64,000 nt of DNA. Origin: Patescibacteria group bacterium. Lineage in GTDB: Bacteria > Patescibacteriota > WWE3 > JAUXAW01 > JAYEID01. Under the pieces are notes generated by a model. The model saw only the letters and a program-made list of their open reading frames with translations. It was not told where the DNA came from and ran no database searches. Position numbers and translations under genes: made by a program. Shown piece by piece: positions 57,112 to 64,000 of the stretch; within the stretch, counting starts at the first letter, position 1; each line of letters starts with the position of its first letter. Location of the stretch: the NCBI GenBank assembly GCA_034659915.1, contig JAYEID010000002.1, forward strand, positions 2,089 through 66,088, in the 5' to 3' direction.

Positions 57112-58086
57112 TTAATAGTTATTAAAAATCTTTCTAATAATTTCTTCTAGGTGTGGTTCATCAATAGACAAATCGTCTACAGGAAATTCAGAAAGTAGTT
57201 TTGCTGCTCTTTCCGTTGCTTCTTTTCTGGGAACTTGAATAATTGCTTTATGTGGTGTGAATTCAGTTACTTTACCTATTTTCTCGAGGTCTTTTTCTTT
57301 TACATCATTTCCAAAGATCACAACTAATATTTTGTAAGTGGCGTGATCAGTAATTAGTTTTTTAACGGGTCCATCGAAGGCAAGAGCGCCTTTGTTTATC
57401 ATAATTACCCTCTCGCATAGGCTTCTGACATCTTCCATGTAGTGGCTGGTGAGAATAATTGTTGCTTTGTATCTTTTGTTATATTCCTGAATAAAATCGC
57501 GAATTTTCTTTTGCATTACTACGTCCAAACCAATTGTTGGCTCGTCAAGAAAGAGAACTTTTGGTTGGTGGAGGAGTGAGGCGATCAGCTCGCACTTCAT
57601 TCTTTGTCCCAGGGAAAGCTTTCGAACTTGCACGTCTAAAATCTCTCCAATATCTAAAAGTTCAACAAGTTCATTCAGAGTTTCTCTATATTGTTTTTCC
57701 GGAACCTCGTAGATTTCTTTATTCAGCCGAAAAGTTTCCTGGGCCGGCAGATCCCACCAGAGTTGGTTTTTTTGTCCCATGACCAGAGAAATTTGTTTTT
57801 TAAACTCGTTTTTCCGGTCTTTTGGTTCGTAGTCTAGAACGGTCACTTCGCCTGCGGTAGGGTAGAGGAGCCCAGAAAGACATTTTAAGGTTGTTGTTTT
57901 CCCTGCGCCATTAGGACCGATAAAACCAACCAGTTCCCCCTCGTCAATTGAAAAATTGATCCCGTCCACCGCTTTTACGTTTACGTACTTTCGTTTAATT
58001 AAAGATTTTAGGGAACCCTTTAGTCCGGGTTCTTTATGAAAAACTCTGTAATATTTTTTTAAATTTTTAACTGCAATTGCCGCCAT
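57112..58086 (-). CDS. ABC transporter ATP-binding protein
   Basis: GPNGAGKTT, LSLGQRMK, LFLDEPT, SH. Confidence 0.95.
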   Translation of the reverse strand: MAAIAVKNLKKYYRVFHKEPGLKGSLKSLIKRKYVNVKAVDGINFSIDEGELVGFIGPNGAGKTTTLKCLSGLLYPTAGEVTVLDYEPKDRKNEFKKQISLVMGQKNQLWWDLPAQETFRLNKEIYEVPEKQYRETLNELVELLDIGEILDVQVRKLSLGQRMKCELIASLLHQPKVLFLDEPTIGLDVVMQKKIRDFIQEYNKRYKATIILTSHYMEDVRSLCERVIMINKGALAFDGPVKKLITDHATYKILVVIFGNDVKEKDLEKIGKVTEFTPHKAIIQVPRKEATERAAKLLSEFPVDDLSIDEPHLEEIIRKIFNNY

Positions 58087-58150
58087 TGGGTGAATTGTAG
58101 CATAGTCCTATTTAGTAAACCCTTTTCTTATTATGACTATTGTTACAATA

Positions 58151-59041
58151 ATATCTAGAGGCTGCCTCTAGATAAGGTTGTTTTTACAGTGTGTTCTTGA
58201 ATTGTTCTCGTAAATGCTTTTTGTAAGCCTTTTTTTGAGATCTGAACTTTTGGAACCAACCAAAATCATCATCTAAGGCTACTGTTTCTAGACGTAGAGG
58301 CTCAAATTCGTCGACTTCAGCCATGACAAATTCCAAGTATTCTCTAGGGGACTTAAACAAGCTAGTTACAACTTGGGGGTTAATAAAATTGCCATAATTT
58401 TCTTCTAGGTATGTAGATAAGCTAGACCACGGGTACTCAACTAGTTTATTTTTGCTTTCCAGCCTGAGCTTACGTGGGTTAATGTGTTGATATCGAGTTA
58501 GATGTACCAACTGTTCATTTGATTCTATTAGAACACTTTTGTAAGGTCCTTCAAACAACCGGCCAGTTCTTTCTAGTCTAATATTAAAGTAGTTAGTGTA
58601 TGCAACGCCAATTTTGTGCATGAAAAAAGAAATACCATCTTTTACTCGCTGTTTAAGTGTAATGTGGTAATGATTAGGCATTAAGCAAAAGGAAATTATG
58701 TCTACTGGAGGCTTGATTCGTTTTTGTTCTAAGTGTTTTAGAATTGTCTGTTTGCTGGGCTCTGTTTGTGACTGTTTAAGTCGTTTTAGTAGGGTACTGT
58801 AAGGATAATCGTATTTTAAGTAATGCTTAAGGAGGAAAATAAAACGTTTGTAGTAACTGGGGTCAGGAAATGTTTCGCGCTTTTCTACTCCTCGGTTGTA
58901 TATGTGGTAGATTCTCCCTGTTCTTAAAGGGTTTCTATCCATCGAGTTAATGATACTCAATCTTTTATCTTTTGTAAAGCTTTTAATTGTTTTTTTGTTG
59001 TTGGTGAAGGGATATCTAGAGGCTGCCTCTAGATAAGGTTG
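58151..59041. mobile_element. RAYT-like cassette 2 bounded by identical 30-bp direct repeats
   Basis: ATATCTAGAGGCTGCCTCTAGATAAGGTTG at 58151-58180 and 59012-59041. Confidence 0.88.
58184..58942 (-). CDS. rayT: REP-associated tyrosine transposase (Y1 HUH)
   Basis: YHIYNRG, LMPNHYH, GRLFEGPYK, RYQHINP, YPWSS. ATG 58942 lies 7 nt after a TTTACA-17-TATCAT promoter. Confidence 0.88.
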   Translation of the reverse strand: MDRNPLRTGRIYHIYNRGVEKRETFPDPSYYKRFIFLLKHYLKYDYPYSTLLKRLKQSQTEPSKQTILKHLEQKRIKPPVDIISFCLMPNHYHITLKQRVKDGISFFMHKIGVAYTNYFNIRLERTGRLFEGPYKSVLIESNEQLVHLTRYQHINPRKLRLESKNKLVEYPWSSLSTYLEENYGNFINPQVVTSLFKSPREYLEFVMAEVDEFEPLRLETVALDDDFGWFQKFRSQKKAYKKHLREQFKNTL

Positions 59042-59090
59042 CCCTTATAAGTAGTTTATTCAGGGTGGTGTTTTGGAAGTGTTTAGGTGG

Positions 59091-59879
59091 TTAGGAGGAG
59101 GCGGAGTTGTAGTGGCGGAGGGCAAAATGCCAGAAGCGGTTGGATAGGTAAAGGAGAATGAGGGCGGCGGTGGGGAGCCAGAAAGTTTCAAAAAGGCCGG
59201 CTTTGTTCAAGAGCACTTTTGTTGGTACGGCGGCTAGGATAAGTAGAGGTATGATAAGGGTGAAAAAAAGCATTGCCGATCTACTGAAGATTTCGGGTGG
59301 GTAGCGGGAGAAGCCGTAGAGGCTGATAAAAACTTCGTGGATTTCTCTGAGTTGAGGAAACCAGATGGCTGGCGTAACGCTAATGAACCATAGTGCATAG
59401 CACAAAATTACACTGCAGAAAATGAAAGATGCGTAGGTGAAAATGATTGGTATTGAGGGGGAAAGGTTAAGATTGCCAAGGCTATATATTATGATAAATA
59501 GGCCACTTACTAGAGGGGTTACGGTGAATAATCGAATTTCACGGGTTGAGACATAGAATTGGGATGATACGGGGAATAAGAGTGAAAAATCAAGGGTACC
59601 TTTTCGGACGTGTTGGACAACCCCGTGCATATTTTTGATGAAGGGGCCGAAGTACAATCCGCGGATAATATTAGCTGTTCCATATAGAAGCAGAATTTCC
59701 TGGTAATCCCACCCGCCTAGGGAAGTAATTTGCCCGAAAATGATGTGTAACCCGAGAACTCCAATAGTTACGTTAATCAGTTCCGCGATAGTGTGGGAGA
59801 TGAAGTTCACCCTAAACATAGATTCTTTGATAAAGGCATTTTTTATAAATTGTAAGTAGAGTTTTATGTATCTTTTCAT
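59091..59879 (-). CDS. ABC-2 family permease (DUF990-like)
   Basis: LGGW, VRKGTLDF.L..P, RYPPEIF, ALRHYNSASS. Confidence 0.88.
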   Translation of the reverse strand: MKRYIKLYLQFIKNAFIKESMFRVNFISHTIAELINVTIGVLGLHIIFGQITSLGGWDYQEILLLYGTANIIRGLYFGPFIKNMHGVVQHVRKGTLDFSLLFPVSSQFYVSTREIRLFTVTPLVSGLFIIIYSLGNLNLSPSIPIIFTYASFIFCSVILCYALWFISVTPAIWFPQLREIHEVFISLYGFSRYPPEIFSRSAMLFFTLIIPLLILAAVPTKVLLNKAGLFETFWLPTAALILLYLSNRFWHFALRHYNSASS

Positions 59880-59891
59880 GATTTTTTGATC

Positions 59892-59930
59892 GAAACCTTT
59901 AGGGATTGCTTCGCAAACCCTAAAGGATTC
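59892..59930. repeat. Intergenic family I-like hairpin doublet
   Basis: GAAACCTTTAGGGATTGC-TTC-GCAAACCCTAAAGGATTC. Confidence 0.7.
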
Positions 59931-59939
59931 TCTGGTTTG

Positions 59940-60737
59940 CTAACTTCCGTAGGCTTCGTGGCGACGGATTCCAAAGTGCCAGATGATTTTTAAGATAATA
60001 TAGAAAGACAGTACCCAAAGTGCTTGAACAAAGAGACCCACGCCAATTTCTAGCATAGTAAGTTTTCCTAAATAGACGTCAATTGGGAAGGCATAAAGAT
60101 AACGAAATGGTAGTGCGTTGAGGACCTTTTGCCAGGAAGTGGGGAAGGCAGAGAGTGGAAGAAGGGCGCCGCCAACAAATTTGGAAATTGAGCCAATAAG
60201 ATAGAACAAACCACTGATTTCTGTTGTCCAAAAACCGGAAAGACCAATTATTGATGTGTAGAAAAGATTTAAAAAAAGAGTTAGGGGAAGGACAAGGAGA
60301 AAAATCAAAGCCAGGTGTTGAAGGGAATTTGGTGGCAGGAGATAATTTTTGTAAATCCAAGCGAGCCCGATAAATACTGGTAGGCTGAGAATTGTATCAG
60401 CAATAAGGCGGGAGCCAAAAGCTTTTAAAAAACGAAAATGCAGGTAATGGAAGGGGAGAAGAAGGTAGTTGTTAATCTCCCCCGTCCCGATGTCGTGACT
60501 TATTCTCCAATGGATTGATAAGCTGGTTCTGTTCAAAAGAAATGAGAGAAAGCTGTAGGTAACCATTTCTTGTAAGGTATAGTTGCTAATCTGTTGGTTT
60601 GCATTGTAAACTGCCTGCCAGATAAGGATGGTTGTAACCAATGAAATTGCGGAAAGAGTTAACCTGAAGATTACTTTTGAGCGGGAAATTAACGTTTGTT
60701 CTATTGCAGTTTTTATTATTGCTTTTTCTTTTTTCAT
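59940..60737 (-). CDS. ABC-2 family permease (DUF990-like)
   Basis: YTLQEMVTY, DIGTGEI...L.P, GG.LLPL..FP, LPF...YAFP. Confidence 0.88.
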   Translation of the reverse strand: MKKEKAIIKTAIEQTLISRSKVIFRLTLSAISLVTTILIWQAVYNANQQISNYTLQEMVTYSFLSFLLNRTSLSIHWRISHDIGTGEINNYLLLPFHYLHFRFLKAFGSRLIADTILSLPVFIGLAWIYKNYLLPPNSLQHLALIFLLVLPLTLFLNLFYTSIIGLSGFWTTEISGLFYLIGSISKFVGGALLPLSAFPTSWQKVLNALPFRYLYAFPIDVYLGKLTMLEIGVGLFVQALWVLSFYIILKIIWHFGIRRHEAYGS

Positions 60738-60778
60738 TGTTCTCTAGTTGTATTTAGTTCGCGGGTTAAATAACTCAT

Positions 60779-60834
60779 CCGCCAATTCCTCAACCTTGCA
60801 GGTTCCAAAAACCTCCAAGGTTTTTCCTTGGCGG
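60779..60834. repeat. Family I element (intergenic)
   Basis: ccgccaATTCCTC-AACCTTGCAGGTT-ccaaa-AACCTCCAAGGTT-TTTCCTtggcgg. Confidence 0.85.
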
Positions 60835-60904
60835 TTCTTTGCTTTAGATTTTTCAGATCTCATTTAGTTTATCATAAAGGCTGTTTCATGCTATCATTTC
60901 CTTG

Positions 60905-62209
60905 ATGAAAATTTGTTATGTTTTAAATTCGGGAGACCCCGGTGGGGTGGAACAACACGTTTTGGACCTGACGCGGGGAATGGTTGAACGTGGGCACGAG
61001 GTTTATGTGGTTTGTCCTTGGGGAAAGATGGTTAATAAATATTTTGAAATTGGAGCCCAAGTGCGGATAGATAAGCCCCAACTTGATGTTGACCCCTTTT
61101 ATATTTCACGGTTGGCCCGGTTTATTAATAAGATTCAACCGGATATTTTACATGTGCATATGTTGAAGACAACGGTGAACGGGTTGATTGCGTCTAAGGT
61201 TTTTAGATTGTCTTCTCGTATTTTGGGACAGCCCGGTTCCCCAACTTCCGCAGGAGAAGCCCCTGGGGCTGAGAAATGCGGTGCCCCTTCCTTGCCGGCT
61301 TCTTCATTGCCCTATACAGTTGCGCATATCCATACACCTCTTCCTGAGTGGCAAATTCCCGGGTGGAAGAAGAAGTTAAATATTTTTGTAAATAGGATAA
61401 TTTCTAATTGGGCGGCAGATGTGGTTATTGCTCTTACCGAATCTCGGAAAAGGGTTAAGATTGAAGGGGAGGGGATAGATCCAAAAAAGATACGCGTGAT
61501 ACCAAACGGAGTGGACACAAAAAATATCAAATTACAAATTTCAAATGACAAAGCAGATTACAGAAAGAAGTTGGGAATAAGGGAGGATGCTATTTTGGTA
61601 GGGACGCTATCTCGGCTGACAGTAGAGAAGGGAATAAGTTATTTAATTGAGGCAGTTCCTAAATGGCCAACATACAAAATACAAGATACTAAATGCGAAA
61701 TACTAATTGGGGGGTCGGGGGAGTTGAGAGAGGAATTGGAGGACAGGGCGCGGGAGTTGGGATTACAAGTTTGTGTAGAAGAAAAGTCCGCTGCAGAAGA
61801 AGCCCCAGGGGCTGAAGAATGCGGCGGTTCAGGTACAACGGTTCGGTTTCTTGGTTTTGTGCCCGAAGATGAGAAGTGGGATTATCTTGCTGCTTTGGAT
61901 ATTTTTGTTTTTCCTTCCCTTGCCGAGGGTTTTGGAATTTCTCTTATTGAGGCAATGGTAACTGGGTGTGCTTGTCTGGCTTCTGATTTGGAAGTTCTTC
62001 AGGAAGTAGGCGGGGAGACAGTTGAATTTTTTAGAGCTGGTGATCCGCAGAATTTAGCAAAGAGGCTGGCTGTTTTAATTAAGGACAAGGAGAAAAGGCA
62101 AAGTCTTGGGGATCGTGCTCAAAAGAGGGTGGAAAAAAAATATTCCCTGGAGTTGGTTTTGGATAATTACGAAAATCTTTATAAAGAGTTACGTTTAAAT
62201 TTTTCTTAA
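60905..62209 (+). CDS. GT4 glycosyltransferase with two single-core family A copies (61248-61281, 61788-61827) and heptamer insertions
   Basis: GGVEQH, VIPNGVD, SRL..EKG, EGFGISLIEAM; inserts SAGEAPGAEKCG and SAAEEAPGAEECGG. Confidence 0.9.
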   Translation: MKICYVLNSGDPGGVEQHVLDLTRGMVERGHEVYVVCPWGKMVNKYFEIGAQVRIDKPQLDVDPFYISRLARFINKIQPDILHVHMLKTTVNGLIASKVFRLSSRILGQPGSPTSAGEAPGAEKCGAPSLPASSLPYTVAHIHTPLPEWQIPGWKKKLNIFVNRIISNWAADVVIALTESRKRVKIEGEGIDPKKIRVIPNGVDTKNIKLQISNDKADYRKKLGIREDAILVGTLSRLTVEKGISYLIEAVPKWPTYKIQDTKCEILIGGSGELREELEDRARELGLQVCVEEKSAAEEAPGAEECGGSGTTVRFLGFVPEDEKWDYLAALDIFVFPSLAEGFGISLIEAMVTGCACLASDLEVLQEVGGETVEFFRAGDPQNLAKRLAVLIKDKEKRQSLGDRAQKRVEKKYSLELVLDNYENLYKELRLNFS

Positions 62210-62210
62210 T

Positions 62211-62942
62211 ATGAATAGCAATGAGATAAGTAGGTTACATGAATTGGAGAAATATTATTGGTGGCACGTTGGCCGAAAAAGAATTTTGGAAACTTTTTTA
62301 AAGAGAATATCTTTACCGAAAGATTCTAAGATTTTAGATGTAGGTTGTGGAACTGGAGAGACAACCAAAATTTTTGAAGATTATGGGAAAGTTTGGGGTG
62401 TTGATGTTTCAGACAAAGCTTTGGAGTTTTGCCGAAAGCAAGGATTGCAAAATCTTAGGCAAAGTGGTGCTCGCCATCTTCCTTTTGAAGACAGATTTTT
62501 TGATGTTGTTGCAATGTTGGATATTTTGGAACATATAGAAGAGGATGAGGAAGCATTGCGGGAAGTTTATCGTGTGCTTAAAGGCCATGGTTATTTACTT
62601 ATAACAGTTCCAGCTTGGCAGTTTTTGTGGAGTGACCACGATGAGGCGTTAGAGCACAAACGCCGGTATATACATTTTGAGTTACGCAGCAAGTTAGAAA
62701 AAGCTGACTTTAAGATTCAAAGGTTAAGTTATGCAATTATGTTTTTATCCTTTCCAATAGTTTTCTGGCGCTTGTTTCAAAAAATTTTTGTGCAAAGTTC
62801 GTATCCTAAGACTTCTTATGTTGTTCTTCCTCCTTGGCTAAATACTTTTTTTATTTTTTTACTTAGGCTAGAAGCAAGATTGTTAAAATATATCAACTTG
62901 CCATTTGGAATTTCTTTGGTATGTTTAGTCCGTAAGAAGTGA
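62211..62942 (+). CDS. Class I SAM-dependent methyltransferase
   Basis: YWWH.GR, ILDVGCGTG, LDILEHI, TVPA...LWSDHD...H.RRY. Confidence 0.9.
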   Translation: MNSNEISRLHELEKYYWWHVGRKRILETFLKRISLPKDSKILDVGCGTGETTKIFEDYGKVWGVDVSDKALEFCRKQGLQNLRQSGARHLPFEDRFFDVVAMLDILEHIEEDEEALREVYRVLKGHGYLLITVPAWQFLWSDHDEALEHKRRYIHFELRSKLEKADFKIQRLSYAIMFLSFPIVFWRLFQKIFVQSSYPKTSYVVLPPWLNTFFIFLLRLEARLLKYINLPFGISLVCLVRKK

Positions 62943-62998
62943 TTGTAGAGGTTCAAGGACTGTGGTTGCAGAAGGCAAATTACTGGTTATTAATTACA

Positions 62999-64000
62999 AT
63001 GAGAGTTTTATTTCAATCTCGGATAGATTTATTTGACCGCCGTGGAGGAGATACTGTGCAAATGGAAAGGACTGCACAGGAACTTAATAAACTCAGCGTA
63101 GATGTAGATATTGATTGTTCCCCAAGAAAGAATCTGTCTCAGTATGATTTGGTTCACCTTTTTAATATTGATTGGCCAGCCAATGTTTATCTGTGTGCAA
63201 GAAATGCGAAAAAACAAGGTAAACCTATTGTTCTTTCACCTATCCACCATTCTTTTGAAGAAATAGAACGTTACGAAAGGGAATATCAGTTCGGTCTCCG
63301 GCGCATAGTTAATCTACTTTTTAGAGGGCGAGAACAACGCGAAAAATTTAAAGATTTTTATCGGGCAGTAGTTGATCCAAAGAAAATACCTTCGACGATT
63401 GTCGAATTTAAGAAGGGAGTTATGGAGGAACAGCGGGAGCTTCTGGGAATGGTGCATGCCGTTTTGGTGCAAACAGAAGCAGAGACAGCTGATATTGTGG
63501 AGGATTTTGGTGTGTGTTTTTCGATCGCCGCAGGAGAAGCCCCTGGGGCTTCCAGAGTTCTAGCCCCAGGGGCTAGGGAATGCGGGGGCCGTGTTTACAA
63601 GGTGGTAAATGGTGTGGACCAGCGTTTTGCAAACGCTATGCCCGATTGGTTTATAGAGAACTACGGGTGGGAGGATTTTGTGGTTTGCGTGGGCAGGGTT
63701 GAACCTCGTAAAAACCAGTTAGCAGTAATTGCTGCCGGTTTCCGTTTGCGGGAGAGGCAAGTCCCGTCCTTTTCGCAAGGACGGGACTTTCAAACTCCCC
63801 AACTCCTCTTTGTTGGGAAGATTTCCTGGCGTCATCCGGAATATGCCTTGCGTTTTAAGAACTTGGTTAGAAAATATAATTGGATTAAACACATTGAAAG
63901 TATCCCTTATAAAAAGATGGGTTCGGTTTATGCAGCAGCAAACACCCACGTTTCTGCTAGTTGGTTTGAAACTACTGGTTTGGTAAGCTTAGAAGCAGGG
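62999..64000 (+). CDS. GT4 glycosyltransferase, 3'-truncated by window end, with family A copy 10 (63528-63585) and a B doublet (63759-63789)
   Basis: Hand translation is open from ATG 62999 to the end: GGDTVQ, VVNGVD, GRVEPRKNQL, ETTGLVSLEAG. Confidence 0.88.
   Translation, partial: MRVLFQSRIDLFDRRGGDTVQMERTAQELNKLSVDVDIDCSPRKNLSQYDLVHLFNIDWPANVYLCARNAKKQGKPIVLSPIHHSFEEIERYEREYQFGLRRIVNLLFRGREQREKFKDFYRAVVDPKKIPSTIVEFKKGVMEEQRELLGMVHAVLVQTEAETADIVEDFGVCFSIAAGEAPGASRVLAPGARECGGRVYKVVNGVDQRFANAMPDWFIENYGWEDFVVCVGRVEPRKNQLAVIAAGFRLRERQVPSFSQGRDFQTPQLLFVGKISWRHPEYALRFKNLVRKYNWIKHIESIPYKKMGSVYAAANTHVSASWFETTGLVSLEAG

Overview
This 64-kb window is a large cell-surface glycosylation locus, probably from a CPR/Patescibacteria-type genome (taxon inferred, not proven). 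It encodes about 12 polytopic GT-C-like glycosyltransferases, many GT2/GT4 enzymes, two flippases, a UDP-glucuronate decarboxylase, methyltransferases, a B12-type radical SAM enzyme, an AT-rich antisense island (sulfotransferase, CapA-like, PaaK/CapK-like), an AbiEi/AbiEii toxin-antitoxin pair and an ABC-2 exporter. The unusual signal is a set of short palindromic and tandem repeat families that sit IN FRAME inside these genes. Several have a candidate mobiliser gene flanked by cognate repeats: two RAYT/Y1 HUH transposases, two GIY-YIG nucleases and a four-helix-bundle pseudogene. Three families with different sequences share one layout: GC stem, ATTCCYY, 13-nt palindrome, spacer, 13-nt palindrome, TYTCCT, GC stem. 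All 10 copies of the commonest family are inside genes, and a 21-nt palindrome is nested inside other elements. No rRNA, tRNA or CRISPR array was seen. All calls were made by eye; no database searches were run.
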